Assembly (NCBI GenBank): GCA_965263355.1 | Contig: CBDHHL010000032.1 | Location: 2,080,001 to 2,144,000 of the forward strand | DNA length: 64,000 nt | Direction of reading: 5' to 3' | Source of the DNA: Leptolyngbyaceae cyanobacterium | GTDB taxonomy: Bacteria; Cyanobacteriota; Cyanobacteriia; Phormidesmidales; Phormidesmidaceae | Part shown: one piece after another, positions 11,101 through 21,540 of the stretch | How positions within the stretch are numbered: the first letter of the stretch is position 1 | Layout: every line of letters begins with the position of its first letter | The notes under the pieces: generated by a model | Databases searched by the model: none | What the model was told of the DNA's origin: nothing | What the model saw: only the letters and a program-made list of their open reading frames with translations | Position numbers and translations under genes: made by a program

Positions 11101-13294
11101 CACCTAATAAGGTAATCGTGTCGTTCCCCTCGGTCCCCTGGAGTATGTCACTGGTGTTGTTGCTAGCAACAATTGAGCTAACGTCCTCAAAGCTTAAACC
11201 GTTACTGAAAATGGTGTCCAGATTGCCCTGGTTGTTGCCAGTTATGGTCCAAGTGGTTACCTGTTCGGGACCCTGTAGAGTCTCTGCTCCGAGAATAGTG
11301 ACTGGGTCTTTAAATGCAGCGGAGCCCCCATCTGCTACGGAATCATGTAGTGTAATCGTCCCCGTATGGTCAGTGCGACCGATGGAAATATTGGTAAATC
11401 CATCTTGGATGGCTAAAAGATCTGTTTCTAAAAGGTCTAATGCTGGGCTACCTACGGATGAGCCAATTTCAATAGCTTGATTTTGGCTCCAAGGCTGTAA
11501 AGATAATGTGTTGCCCTTAACAGAATCATTCCCCCCCTGCAACGAAATGGCATCTCCTTGGAGGATGATATTATCAGCAGTTAAGGTGCCTCGAACTAGT
11601 GTCCAATATTGGGCGCTCAGATTAACATCTCCAGCTTCCATAGCTGCGCGTGTATCAAGCAGCTGAATATCAATAATATTGCCAGAAATAGTGATATCTC
11701 GCCCTGAGGTATCGATTAAATCACCGGCTTTTTCTACTAAGAATTGTCCTGCACCATTATTGTCGGCATCAGCGATAAAGCTGATAGAGCCAGAGCCTGG
11801 CTGAAATGTAAGGGCATCGTCTCCGCCTAAATTTCGAATGATAATATTGTTATTGGCCTGTAGAACAATATTGGAGTCGCCATCCCAGGTTTCTAAGGTA
11901 TTTTCAGTGATAGTAAACCAGCCACTGTCTCCATCCTCTGCAATGACTGTGCCAGAATTGAGCAATAATTCTGCATCGCCGTTCGCAGTACCCGCACCAT
12001 CAACGACTTGAATATTGTCTGGATCAAAAAGAATACTGCCAAACTCTCCTTGGGGAGCACTAACAGAAAACTGTCCGGTGAACCCTAGGTTTGATTTACC
12101 AGAGATTTCAATAAAGCCACCATTGCCGGCTAATTCACCCCCCTGGGCTTGGACATTTCCTGCAAAAGAAGTCGCCTGATCAGCCCAAACAATAATCTCA
12201 CCCCCATTTCCATGTGCTAGGGCATTGGCACTGAGTTGAGTATTTTGATCAACTCGGGTATGGGTGGCATTGGGCAAAGGGCCTGCTCCTTGATAACTAC
12301 CACCAATGGAAATCTCTCCCCCCTGGTGAATCCCATCCGCATTGATGTCGGCATCTATTAAAGAGACTTGGTTACCTAAAATGGCAATTTGTCCACCATA
12401 GTCTCCGGTCGTCTGAACGGTACCAGATATGCTGGCTGTTCCGGGCTCGAGCGCAGGGATATGTTGGGTCAGTAGCGGGGTGCCATCGGCTGCGATCGCA
12501 AGGGTGTCGGCATGGTCAGCCCCCTGACCGGTCAGAAGAGCGGGTAGCTGGGTCGGCGTGATGTCGAGGGATGCCTCCGCGTCAGACCAGGGTTCAATTT
12601 CTAACGCAAGGAGTTGTCCCGTTTGACTAAGATTGACACGATTGGTATTGCTGACAGCAGTTATAGTAATGTTGCCACCTGGAGCACTCAAGGTACCGGT
12701 GTTAACAACGCCGCCCCCCAGTAACCGTAGATTGCGTCCAGGGGCTACTTCTAGAGTCCCCAGATTAATAATATAGTTAGGGTTAGATACAAAGGCAAAG
12801 CTTTGGGGAGGACCTGCTAAAGCCTGGTAGTCGGTTCCGTCAGCGAACCAGCCTTGTTCAAAGCCAATGGCATCGGCTGTCGCTGCAGTAAAATCTCCCT
12901 GTAAATTGAGATGGGCATTGGGTCCAAAAAAGAGACCGGCGGGATTCAGCAACCATAGATTAGCGCTATTAGATACGGCTAAGCCTCCATGGATGATGGA
13001 GGCTTGTCCCCCTGTAATTCGGCCTAGGACATTTTCAACCGACTCTGGGGCGATAAAGGTAACGGTTTGGTCCGGCAATATATGAAAAGTTTCAAACTGG
13101 TGGAAGAGATTAGCCCCATCTGTTGACTGAACACCCCCAATCACCTGAATTTGATAACCATCGGTGGTGGTGAATGTCGCTCCTGTGGATAGGATTTGTC
13201 CCCAAACAGGAGAATCACCTAGCGTAAAAATACTCAACCAGCCCACTATTTGTAAGGCACACCGATTGAACTGATGCCATTTTGAATGGCTCAT
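8192..13294 (-). CDS. Filamentous-hemagglutinin N-terminal domain protein with RTX-like repeats and a C-terminal CHAT (caspase-like) domain
   Basis: NLFHQF...LLNPAGLFFGPNA haemagglutination-activity domain; GGDGNNTL-type repeats; CHAT dyad VHLASHG and VLSACNT; HPFYWA terminus. Confidence 0.9.
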   Translation of the reverse strand: MSHSKWHQFNRCALQIVGWLSIFTLGDSPVWGQILSTGATFTTTDGYQIQVIGGVQSTDGANLFHQFETFHILPDQTVTFIAPESVENVLGRITGGQASIIHGGLAVSNSANLWLLNPAGLFFGPNAHLNLQGDFTAATADAIGFEQGWFADGTDYQALAGPPQSFAFVSNPNYIINLGTLEVAPGRNLRLLGGGVVNTGTLSAPGGNITITAVSNTNRVNLSQTGQLLALEIEPWSDAEASLDITPTQLPALLTGQGADHADTLAIAADGTPLLTQHIPALEPGTASISGTVQTTGDYGGQIAILGNQVSLIDADINADGIHQGGEISIGGSYQGAGPLPNATHTRVDQNTQLSANALAHGNGGEIIVWADQATSFAGNVQAQGGELAGNGGFIEISGKSNLGFTGQFSVSAPQGEFGSILFDPDNIQVVDGAGTANGDAELLLNSGTVIAEDGDSGWFTITENTLETWDGDSNIVLQANNNIIIRNLGGDDALTFQPGSGSISFIADADNNGAGQFLVEKAGDLIDTSGRDITISGNIIDIQLLDTRAAMEAGDVNLSAQYWTLVRGTLTADNIILQGDAISLQGGNDSVKGNTLSLQPWSQNQAIEIGSSVGSPALDLLETDLLAIQDGFTNISIGRTDHTGTITLHDSVADGGSAAFKDPVTILGAETLQGPEQVTTWTITGNNQGNLDTIFSNGLSFEDVSSIVASNNTSDILQGTEGNDTITLLGENSGTFKGIDFDGIHNIRGAGGDDTVIFANGVAALSGSIDGGDGNNTLDYSATTNGVTIDLATQTVDNVTAFTNIENFQGSSGEDTLRGTNDDDAIAITADNTGTLGTVTFSNIENIDAGDGDDQIAITGILTGSLDGGAGDNTLVGNNTASVWNLTAVNTGNGPGVASFANIQNLTAGNQADQINFLAEGAQFTGVLDGGDGALTLSGDTINVGTAIKGADELSLQPASPARDIHLGGTGLTPDLAISTVELSAIKNGFTAITIGHPEGTGTITLGADVTLPASATIQSPHDNGSIDTQGFDLSAPELTVIAAQDITAANLTAVNGVTLIGGDVVNTQTIVTSNNLDGGDVLVNADNTITIQQIDTTGLNGIGGNVTLSSVEAIEVASIRAEGNMAGGNVDITTHEFFRATDSFTALDGTTASISTAAVNGTGAITIRHAGNGATAFNVGDGSLLGNHAALTSGDFKIDPGNSFLNSYTLGNIAILTQALPQSVVEPPVTIPSRPTIITPTATDPFIPNSPLLRNRTNPLDDSVSATDVRRSNSALFEHLENSFSDQFKSHLNLYDRVSVASPSLTAAQETLGDVEVLTGIKPGVLYVYFLPSDPKDSTEFHGNDLQANDELGLLLLTHSGQAIRKKVNGVTRSQVMAVTETFYAQVTNSISSSSQYLPPAQQLYDWFITPIENELQQQGIQSLALAMDTGLRTLPMAALHNGDEYLVERYSLGVIPSFSLTDFNAENFLYSELENTQMLAMGASQFPSQSLLPAVPEELEIVTKVFNESEVFLNENFTLTNLQNQIARNKFGVVHLASHGVFEPGAPRNSYIQLWDQPLQLDQVHSLGLQDANIALMVLSACNTALGDREAEYGFAGLAVNAGVQTSIASLWPISDEGTLGLMTYFYENLQRQPVRANALQQAQLAMLRGELTFANGILYGYDERSLAHFPELEYHGWWNFEHPFYWATYTLVGSPW

Positions 13295-13786
13295 AATCTT
13301 GATAATGCTGATATCTAACAAAGGAAAACGGCAATAACCAAAAGTTTCCTTTTTTAATCACAGCTAACTGGTAAATGAAATGTAACCAGAATGACACGGG
13401 TTTTTGGCAAATATCATCCCCATGACTGTGCTCGTGTAAATACTCAAAGCAGCAACAATATTTATAGGTTAGTAGATCAGTGAGCGTAACAGATTATCTG
13501 TATAGGCCATATCTTAAACAGATAAACCGAGGCTCAGGTTACGCTTATCTGTTCCTAATCTATTGAAAACTTTTTGATTGCCTTAGCTTACGGACTTAGG
13601 GATGTTTCTGTAACTGATCTAAAAGTTTTTTTCATTTCTTAGATCAGGTTCCTAACATGGCAGTAGGAGTGTCTAATGGCATCAGCTAAGCGGCCTAATA
13701 ATTATTTAATTATTGGAGATTTTGCGGCTGTTATTGGACCTTTGACTCGCACACCTACCTCATTAAACAGAGGGAATGGAGGTTCT

Positions 13787-14848
13787 ATGGTTGAAACTTA
13801 TCAACCATCCCACGAAGCCACGTTAGATCGTGACTCAATGACGCTGTCGCGCCATGTATTACAGCAACTTCAGAGCTTTGGTCCCGATGCTCAGGATCTC
13901 AGTGCTTTGATGAATCGTATTGCATTGGCAGGCAAGCTAATTGCTCGGCATCTATCACGGGCTGGTTTAGTCGAAGATGCTCTCGGCTTTACCGGTCGTG
14001 AAAATGTGCAGGGGGAATCAGTCAAGAAAATGGACGTCTATGCTAATGACGTCTTTATTTCTGTCTTTAAGCAAAGCGGTTTGGTCTGTCGCTTGGCCTC
14101 TGAAGAGATGGAAGCCCCATTTTATATTCCAGAAAACTGTCCCGTTGGACGATATACACTGCTATACGATCCCATTGACGGATCATCTAATGTAGATATC
14201 AATCTCAATGTTGGTTCGATTTTTGCCATTCGCCAACAGCGGGGAAATGATGAAGGACAAACGGGGACAGATTTGCTCCAGTCAGGTCGAGAGCAATTAG
14301 CGGCAGGTTATATTCTGTACGGTCCCAGTACGGTGCTGGTCTATACCATCGGTACGGGCGTTCATGCCTTTACCCTTGATCCCAGCCTGGGGGAATTCAT
14401 TCTTTCTGAAGAGAATATTATGATTCCTGCCCATGGTCCTGTTTATAGTGTAAATGAAGGTAACTTCTGGCAGTGGGATGACTCTATCCGAGACTACATT
14501 CGGTATGTGCATCGCCATGAGGGATACTCGGCTCGTTACAGTGGTGCTTTAGTGGGAGATTTTCATCGCATTTTGACCCAGGGTGGTGTGTTCTTGTACC
14601 CAGGAACCATTAAAAAACCGGAGGGTAAATTGCGTTTGTTATATGAATCAGCCCCATTAGCTTTTTTGGCAGAACAGGCTGGGGGACGTGCCTCCACAGG
14701 CAACCAGGAAATTTTAGAGGTATCTCCTGATCGGTTACACATGCGTACACCTTTAATACTGGGCAGTACGGAGGATGTGGCCTTAGTGGAATCGTTTATT
14801 CAGGATCGGCTTCGCGAGCGTGAAGCCGCTGTGTCTGTCGCTGGTTAA
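13787..14848 (+). CDS. fbp: Class 1 fructose-1,6-bisphosphatase
   Basis: [26 protein letters not shown] and GKLRLLYE motifs; GGAGG RBS before ATG 13787. Confidence 0.97.
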   Translation: MVETYQPSHEATLDRDSMTLSRHVLQQLQSFGPDAQDLSALMNRIALAGKLIARHLSRAGLVEDALGFTGRENVQGESVKKMDVYANDVFISVFKQSGLVCRLASEEMEAPFYIPENCPVGRYTLLYDPIDGSSNVDINLNVGSIFAIRQQRGNDEGQTGTDLLQSGREQLAAGYILYGPSTVLVYTIGTGVHAFTLDPSLGEFILSEENIMIPAHGPVYSVNEGNFWQWDDSIRDYIRYVHRHEGYSARYSGALVGDFHRILTQGGVFLYPGTIKKPEGKLRLLYESAPLAFLAEQAGGRASTGNQEILEVSPDRLHMRTPLILGSTEDVALVESFIQDRLREREAAVSVAG

Positions 14849-14944
14849 GCTTAATTGTTAAAACCTTTCTAGCGAAAGACGAAAGTTTTCTGGACAGATA
14901 GTATTTTCGAACAACCAAGATAACCTAAATAGGATACTCACCCC

Positions 14945-16084
14945 ATGACTACAGTCAATGACAGCCCAATTCTGCATTTGCAGGATCACGGGCAAAGTGT
15001 ATGGATGGATAATCTTAGTCGAGATCTGCTGGTTTCAGGTGAGCTGAGCCAGCTGATCGATAGCCGAGCTGTCCATGGGATCACCTCTAATCCAGCGATC
15101 TTTGAGAAAGCGATCGCAGGTAATGAGATTTACGATAGTGAAATTGAGGCGGGTGTTCGCGCAGGTAAGTCCGTCGAGCAAATCTATGAGACTTTAGTAT
15201 TTGATGACATTCGTCGGGCCTGTGATGTGCTTAAGCCGATCTATGAATCCACCCAGGGTCTGGATGGCTATGTCAGCTTAGAGGTGCCCCCCAACCTGGC
15301 CCATGATGCAGCGGGCACCCTGGCTGAGGCTCGGCGATATGCAGTGGCGATTGAGCGTCCTAATCTAATGATTAAGATTCCAGGTACACCTGAGGGTCTC
15401 AAGGCTGTTGAGCAGACCATCCGTGATGGGATCAACGTTAACGTTACTCTATTGTTCTCGGTACAGAGCTATATCGATACGGCTTGGGCCTATATTCGGG
15501 GCTTAGAAGGCCGCTTGGCTGATGGCCATGACATTAGTTCAATGGCATCGGTGGCTAGTTTCTTTTTGAGCCGCATCGATACTAAGGTGGACGATACCCT
15601 TGATCAGCTGGCTGAAGCCGATGAGAGCAAGCGTGAGCAGATTGCTGGGCTGAAGGGTAAGGTTGCGATCGCCAACGCAAAGCTGGCGTATCAAGAGTAC
15701 AAAAAGATTATCCAAAGCGACCGCTGGCAGGCATTGGTGGCTAAGGGTGCCAAGGTACAGCGTTTACTATGGGCCAGTACCAGCACCAAGAACCCTGACT
15801 ACAGTGATGTTATGTACGTCGATGAGCTGATCGGTCCTGACACTGTTAACACGCTACCCCCCAAGACTATCGAAGCTTGCGCTGACCACTGCGACGTGAG
15901 CAGCCGCATCGAAAGTGATGTAGAGCAAGCCTATACCGTAATCGAAACGCTGCCTGAAGTTGGCATTGACCTCGATCAGGTAATGGACGAGCTACTAGCT
16001 GAAGGGATCGACAAATTTGTTAAGCCCTTTGATAAGCTAATGGCTTCGTTGGTGATGAAGGTTAAGCAGTTGTCACCTGCTTAA
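14945..16084 (+). CDS. tal: Transaldolase
   Basis: GQSVWMDN, GITSNPAIF, NLMIKIPGT and RLLWASTSTK motifs. Confidence 0.97.
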   Translation: MTTVNDSPILHLQDHGQSVWMDNLSRDLLVSGELSQLIDSRAVHGITSNPAIFEKAIAGNEIYDSEIEAGVRAGKSVEQIYETLVFDDIRRACDVLKPIYESTQGLDGYVSLEVPPNLAHDAAGTLAEARRYAVAIERPNLMIKIPGTPEGLKAVEQTIRDGINVNVTLLFSVQSYIDTAWAYIRGLEGRLADGHDISSMASVASFFLSRIDTKVDDTLDQLAEADESKREQIAGLKGKVAIANAKLAYQEYKKIIQSDRWQALVAKGAKVQRLLWASTSTKNPDYSDVMYVDELIGPDTVNTLPPKTIEACADHCDVSSRIESDVEQAYTVIETLPEVGIDLDQVMDELLAEGIDKFVKPFDKLMASLVMKVKQLSPA

Positions 16085-16089
16085 GTAGG

Positions 16090-16234
16090 CAAAGGGTAAA
16101 GGGTAAAAGGGTCAAGGACAAAGGATTTCAAATACAGACCCTTTACTCTTGACCCTGCCCCCACTGTCCCCTGCCCCCACTGTCCCCTGCTTCACTATTT
16201 CACTGCTTCCCCTGCTCCTTTTCCCCATTCCCCT
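16090..16234. repeat. STRR-like short repeats in the tal-zwf spacer
   Basis: aaagggt-type heptamers facing complementary ccctttac/ttgaccc units; cccactgtcccctgc x2. Confidence 0.6.
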
Positions 16235-17764
16235 ATGGTTTCTCTCCTTGAAAATCCCCTCCGCGTTGGCCTACAACAAGATCGTATTCCAGAGCCTCAG
16301 ATTTTAGTTATTTTTGGTGCATCAGGAGATTTGACCCAGCGTAAACTGGTGCCATCTCTGTATACAATGCGTCAAGAGCGTCGACTGCCGCCAGAGCTAA
16401 CAATTGTGGGGGTATCTCGGCGGGAGTGGAGCCACGAGTTCTTCCGCGAGCACTTAAAGAAAGGTATTGAAGATTACGGCGGTGGTATCCATAACCAGAT
16501 GCTGTGGGAGAACTTTGCCCAAGGGTTGTTCTATTGCCCTGGCAATATTGATAAGCCTGAAAGCTACCAAAAGCTCAAAGCCTTTTTAGCTGAGCTGGAT
16601 GAGACACGATATACCCGAGGCAATCGACTGTTTTATCTGTCGGTAGCTCCCCGCTTTTTTGCTGAAGCCACCCAGCAGTTAGGAACAGCGGGGATGCTGG
16701 CAGACCCTGCTAAGCAGCGTTTAATTATTGAGAAACCCTTTGGTCGTGACCTGGCCTCGGCCCAAGCCTTAAACCAAAAGGTGAGGGCAGCGGTACCTGA
16801 AGAACAGGTTTATCGCATTGACCACTACCTGGGTAAAGAAACGGTTCAGAACCTATTGGTGTTCCGGTTTGCCAATGCCATCTTTGAGCCCCTGTGGAAT
16901 CGACAGTTTGTTGACCACGTGCAGATTACGGTGGCTGAGACGGTGGGTCTAGAAGGTCGTGCTGGATACTATGAGACCGCCGGTGCGCTGCGGGACATGG
17001 TACAAAACCACCTGATGCAGCTATTTTGTCTGACGGCGATGGAGCCGCCCAACTCTCTGGCTGCTTCCAGCATACGAGACGAAAAAGTTAAGGTACTGCA
17101 AGCAACCCGATTAGCCGATCCCCTCAACTTGGATCGCTGTGCGATTCGGGGTCAGTACACCAATGGCTGGATGAAAGGCAAGCAAGTACCCGGATATCGA
17201 GAAGAAGAAGGCGCACCGGTTGATTCCACCACACATACGTTTGCTGCCATTGAGATGCGAGTAGACAATTGGCGCTGGCAAGGGGTGCCCTTCTATCTGC
17301 GTACGGGTAAGCGGATGCCGAAAAAAGTGTCTGAAATCTCAATTCACTTTAAGCAGGTACCTCACCTGATGTTCCAGTCGGCGGCCCAACAGATGAATGA
17401 CAATATTCTGGCCCTGCGAATTCAGCCAGATGAAGGGATTTCGATGCGATTTGAGGTGAAGACACCGGGAAGCTCCCTACGCACCCGTCCGGTGGATATG
17501 GACTTCCGTTATGATGCGGCCTTTGGTAAGCCCAGTACCGATGCCTATGCTCGATTGTTAGTGGATGCCATGCTTGGGGATCAAACATTGTTTACCCGAG
17601 GGGATGAGGTGGAAGAATCCTGGCGGGTGGTAACACCGATTCTAGAGGCCTGGGATGGTCCCGTGGATCCTGCCCAGATTCCTCTCTATGAGGCAGGTAC
17701 TTGGGAACCGGTGGAAGCTGAATTCTTGCTGAATAAGGTCGGTCGTCGTTGGCGACGGCTCTAA
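16235..17764 (+). CDS. zwf: Glucose-6-phosphate 1-dehydrogenase
   Basis: [20 protein letters not shown] and [13 protein letters not shown] motifs. Confidence 0.98.
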   Translation: MVSLLENPLRVGLQQDRIPEPQILVIFGASGDLTQRKLVPSLYTMRQERRLPPELTIVGVSRREWSHEFFREHLKKGIEDYGGGIHNQMLWENFAQGLFYCPGNIDKPESYQKLKAFLAELDETRYTRGNRLFYLSVAPRFFAEATQQLGTAGMLADPAKQRLIIEKPFGRDLASAQALNQKVRAAVPEEQVYRIDHYLGKETVQNLLVFRFANAIFEPLWNRQFVDHVQITVAETVGLEGRAGYYETAGALRDMVQNHLMQLFCLTAMEPPNSLAASSIRDEKVKVLQATRLADPLNLDRCAIRGQYTNGWMKGKQVPGYREEEGAPVDSTTHTFAAIEMRVDNWRWQGVPFYLRTGKRMPKKVSEISIHFKQVPHLMFQSAAQQMNDNILALRIQPDEGISMRFEVKTPGSSLRTRPVDMDFRYDAAFGKPSTDAYARLLVDAMLGDQTLFTRGDEVEESWRVVTPILEAWDGPVDPAQIPLYEAGTWEPVEAEFLLNKVGRRWRRL

Positions 17765-17765
17765 A

Positions 17766-17824
17766 CCACGTCCAAGTTGAAACCTGTAGTTTCCCCTACG
17801 GCAACACTACAGGTCTGGACGTGG
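17766..17824. other. Intergenic RNA hairpin between zwf and opcA
   Basis: CCACGTCCA/TGGACGTGG and ACCTGTAGT/ACTACAGGT nested stems. Confidence 0.6.
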
Positions 17825-17880
17825 ACGAGGTTTAATTCAAAACGTTTTCTAACTCTTATCCAATTGCGCTCTTTAAAACC

Positions 17881-19221
17881 ATGGTGACCTCTCTAGTTAC
17901 GTTACAAAAACCTAAGGACATTTCCGTTGACGATATCGAAGCTGAACTGCGGGAGATATGGCATAACTATGCCGTGGATAGTTCCGATGGTGTAGCAACC
18001 CGAGCGACTACGTTTAATGTAATTATCTATGAGCCAGAGGAGATTCAACAGCTGCTTGCGGCCCTTGGGTTTTACACTAATCCCATTGATGGTGAACATG
18101 GGCCAGCGACTAGGAGCGCGATCGCAGCTGCGCAGCAAACCTATGGCTTACCCATTACTAACCGGGTTGATCAAGCTACCCTAAAGCGTCTGCGCACCGA
18201 GTTTCGGGCGCTGTCTCCGGAACAGCGCCGTTATAACAACGCTGACCTACGTGGCTTTAATCTCAACGAAGCATTGGCAGCTCAAAATCCTTGTCGGGTG
18301 ATTACCCTTTGTCCCACCTTTGATGATGAGGATACGGGGGTAACTGCCCAGGTATCGGCCTACTGCCCAGTGCAAAAAAGCAGTGGTAGTCGGTTGGTAT
18401 GCTGTGAGTACATCACGCTACGGGGTACCAAGCAAGCTCTGGACCGAGTGGATAACCTAGTCAAATCTTTAGTCATCGACGATCTACCCAAATTTGTCTG
18501 GTGGAAAGCCACCCCAAATCCTGAGCAGCTTCTCTTTCAGTCCATGGCTGATGTAAGTAACTGTATTATTCTCGACTCCAGTTACTATGGCGATCCCGAA
18601 TCAGAGCTATTAAAAATTCATCAATTGGTGGCCAACGGTACCAAAGTTGCCGACCTTAATTGGTATCGTTTGGCCCCCTGGCAAGAACTGTCGGCAGCAT
18701 CGTTTGATCCGCCTGAACGACGGATGGCACTGCTAGAGATGGATCAGCTTGGGATTGACTATGAGAAGGGTAATGCAGCTCAGGCATTGCTCTATCTGGG
18801 TTGGCTAGCCAGTCGCCTGGATTGGCAGCCGGATGAATACAAGCTGGAAGGTGGCGATTACGACCTGCGGCGTATTACCCTCAAAGGCAATCATGGACGG
18901 GCCATTGATGTGGAGCTAGCGGCTATTCCTGTGGCTGATGTGGGCGAAGTACTCGGTGACTTGACCGGATTACGGATGTCATCGACCAACTTGGAGGCCA
19001 ACTGCTGTACTATTCTTTGCTCTGAAACAGCGGGCTGTATGCGCATGGAATCTGGCGGTGGTGCCCAGTCTTGCTACATCCAGGAAGTTACGGCAATTTC
19101 TGACCAGCGGTCTGATTTGTTACTAGAACAGCAGCTTCAGCGTTGGGGCGAAGATATACTGTTTGAGGAAAGTTTAGGGGTTACGGCCCACATTTTGAAA
19201 TTGCTAGAACAGCGCGAATAA
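17881..19221 (+). CDS. opcA: G6PDH assembly protein OpcA with peptidoglycan-binding insert
   Basis: Follows zwf; NPCRVITLCP, VSAYCP, CCEYITLRG, LPKFVWWK and DLNWYRL motifs. Confidence 0.95.
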   Translation: MVTSLVTLQKPKDISVDDIEAELREIWHNYAVDSSDGVATRATTFNVIIYEPEEIQQLLAALGFYTNPIDGEHGPATRSAIAAAQQTYGLPITNRVDQATLKRLRTEFRALSPEQRRYNNADLRGFNLNEALAAQNPCRVITLCPTFDDEDTGVTAQVSAYCPVQKSSGSRLVCCEYITLRGTKQALDRVDNLVKSLVIDDLPKFVWWKATPNPEQLLFQSMADVSNCIILDSSYYGDPESELLKIHQLVANGTKVADLNWYRLAPWQELSAASFDPPERRMALLEMDQLGIDYEKGNAAQALLYLGWLASRLDWQPDEYKLEGGDYDLRRITLKGNHGRAIDVELAAIPVADVGEVLGDLTGLRMSSTNLEANCCTILCSETAGCMRMESGGGAQSCYIQEVTAISDQRSDLLLEQQLQRWGEDILFEESLGVTAHILKLLEQRE

Positions 19222-19272
19222 AACTCAAAAACGTTAACGCCAGTTGACAGCCCCTGTTCCTTGGTCAATCGT

Positions 19273-19316
19273 TAGATTAGCCCCCCTAATCACCTAAGGT
19301 TAGTGGGGCTAATCTA
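19273..19316. terminator. Hairpin downstream of the fbp-tal-zwf-opcA operon
   Basis: TAGATTAGCCCC / GGGGCTAATCTA 12-bp perfect stem. Confidence 0.6.
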
Positions 19317-19579
19317 CAGTTCTGATAAAAGATTGAATTAGCCTATCTAGCTATCCTTATCCTGTTTACCTGTAGATAACGGTCGAGTATACTCATAGGG
19401 TCTTTAAGCAAATTGCCTTAAAGGCTTCATAGAATGGTTATCCCTGTACCCGGTTTCAACGCCTTATCGTATAGACTTTTTGTACAAATTTTTGGAGTAT
19501 TTTGGCAGCATACCTCAATATGTAGGTGGCTGAGTACAGTGTCGGCTTTACTGCTAAGACCTTCTCCCAACGCAGATTT

Positions 19580-20442
19580 ATGAAGAGTTTTCTAGAAACC
19601 TATGCTATAGATAACAAGATCGATACTCGCCTTAAGCTGAGTCTAAAAAGAGAATTTTTAGCCGCTAAGTTTAACCGATTTTTGCCAGCCAGCAGAAAGC
19701 GTTGTTTCCATGCTTATTGTGTTGGCACCCCTAGAAGTGGTACCCATTCCATTGTCAACATGCTGCAGCAGAACTATGCTGCCGCCCATGAACCCCGAAG
19801 CTATTACGCTATCTATCACTTACTCAAGTGGAGCACACAAGAGTATACCCGTAACGATATTCAGAATATTCTCCAGTGGCGCGACAAAAAGCTGGCGTTA
19901 GATCTGGAGGCAGCTCACTATTTACACCATGTCGTTGACATACTAGCGAACAGCTTTCCAAAAGCGAAGTTTATTTTAACTGTAAGAGATCCCCTGAGCT
20001 GGTTAGAGTCTGAGATAGACCGTAACTATGGTACTCGCAATAAATTGTTTTGGAGAGCCTTAGAAGACTATCGCTATGGTCGTTATGGCCATCGGTTCAC
20101 CCAACAGGACGTCGCCCTGGAACAAATGGGACTTTATCCGATAGCCAGCTATCTTTCTTACTGGAACGACCACAATCAGTTTGTCCTAAATTCGGTAGCT
20201 CAAGAGCAGCTACTAGTGCTGGATACCGAGAAATTCAGTCAAATATGCAACAAGTTGCTGATTTCCTGAATATAAATATCGACACTATCAACCGCCAAAA
20301 AAGCCACGCCAATAAAAGAAATAAACGCTTTAAGCTCACTGAACTCGTTGATCAGAGTTATCTACGTCAGCAACTAGAAGCGATTTGTGTAGATTTTATT
20401 GATCGACAGCTACCTCTACTAAAATCCAGCTGCTTCAGTTAA
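19580..20442 (+). pseudogene. Sulfotransferase-family protein split by a frameshift near 20226
   Basis: PAPS-binding motifs VGTPRSGTHS and FPKAKFILTVRDPLSWLES; ...LLVLDT continues as REIQSNMQQVADFLNI only in another frame. May be a sequencing error. Confidence 0.75.
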
Positions 20443-20488
20443 TTCCTGCAATATGTGGTGATTTTTTATCCCATTACCCCAAAACCCT

Positions 20489-21376
20489 ATGAGTTCTTCA
20501 ATATCCCCACTTTCAAGTCAAGCGCTAACCTCTGTTTCCAATGCAGACGAACAGAGCACGTTTTTTAGGGAGAATGGCTATACTCCCCCCTTCTCTCTTG
20601 CTAATCCTAGAAATATAGAAATGCTGTCCAAGGCGATTAGACGATTTGGGCAACGTAAAAAACCAATCAAGTTTTCCATCCTATCTCCGCCCTATGGCGA
20701 TAGAAAGGCCCATGTCTTTTCAAAGTTAGTATTTGAATTAGCCACGGATACAGCGATTTTGGACGCCTTATTCAACTGTCTGGGTGAGGATATTTTAATT
20801 TGGCTGGGTCAAGTGATTACCCGAAAACCCAAAAGTAAAGGACAGGCCTGGCATATTGATCAAATCAACTGGGAGGTAGACGGTGTTCATGCGTCTATTG
20901 CTATCACCGATATGACGTTAGAGAATGGATGTCTTCAGGTCATTCCTAAAACCCATCTCTATAATCTCAGCCAAGCAGATCTCGAAACAAACGCCAAACT
21001 AGCCAATGCTAACCTGTGGGATGGTGAAGCTATGGTGGCCCTGGCCGATCAGCTACACCCTGAAAATGCTCCCCATCAATTAGTGTCCCTGGAGGTAAAC
21101 GCTGGACAATCTTTTTTGACTAAAGGAGGGCTCTGGCATGGAGTGCCGCGAAGTACATCAGACCAGCCCCGTGGAGCTTTGGTTGCACGCTATATGCGAC
21201 CTGATATTGCGGGTAAAGAGGCTGGACGCCCGCTACCCTGCGTTTTAATTGCGGGGACAGATACTGAACAAAAAAATACTCTCTATCATCCGCCGCAATC
21301 ATGGTTTAAGCAAGATGTTCTCTTGAATTATCGGTTTAACAAGCTCTTAGGTAAACTGGCAAAGCTTATTGATTAA
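20489..21376 (+). CDS. Phytanoyl-CoA dioxygenase (PhyH)-family Fe(II)/2OG oxygenase
   Basis: FFRENGY, WHID (HxD), ENGCLQVIPKTH and WHG...R motifs. Confidence 0.88.
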   Translation: MSSSISPLSSQALTSVSNADEQSTFFRENGYTPPFSLANPRNIEMLSKAIRRFGQRKKPIKFSILSPPYGDRKAHVFSKLVFELATDTAILDALFNCLGEDILIWLGQVITRKPKSKGQAWHIDQINWEVDGVHASIAITDMTLENGCLQVIPKTHLYNLSQADLETNAKLANANLWDGEAMVALADQLHPENAPHQLVSLEVNAGQSFLTKGGLWHGVPRSTSDQPRGALVARYMRPDIAGKEAGRPLPCVLIAGTDTEQKNTLYHPPQSWFKQDVLLNYRFNKLLGKLAKLID

Positions 21377-21490
21377 GCCCCCTTATGGGTTTGCCTCTAA
21401 ATAAAACACTCCCCCTGCCACCTGTAACCTGGGACTTTATTTTTGTGCAGCCCCCCTTATGCCCAGAGATAAATGGACAACAGAATAATG

Positions 21491-21533
21491 GATTGACAAA
21501 ATAGTAGATTGACAAAATAGTAGATTGACAAAA
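21491..21533. repeat. 16-bp tandem repeat (about 2.7 copies), each containing TTGACA, upstream of 21541
   Basis: gattgacaaaatagta at 21491 and 21507; partial copy at 21523. Confidence 0.85.
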
Positions 21534-21540
21534 AATAATC

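Noticed and set aside
9684..13085. Plus-strand ORFs inside the hemagglutinin gene, and similar antisense ORFs elsewhere
   Set aside because: Antisense shadows of long, well-supported genes.
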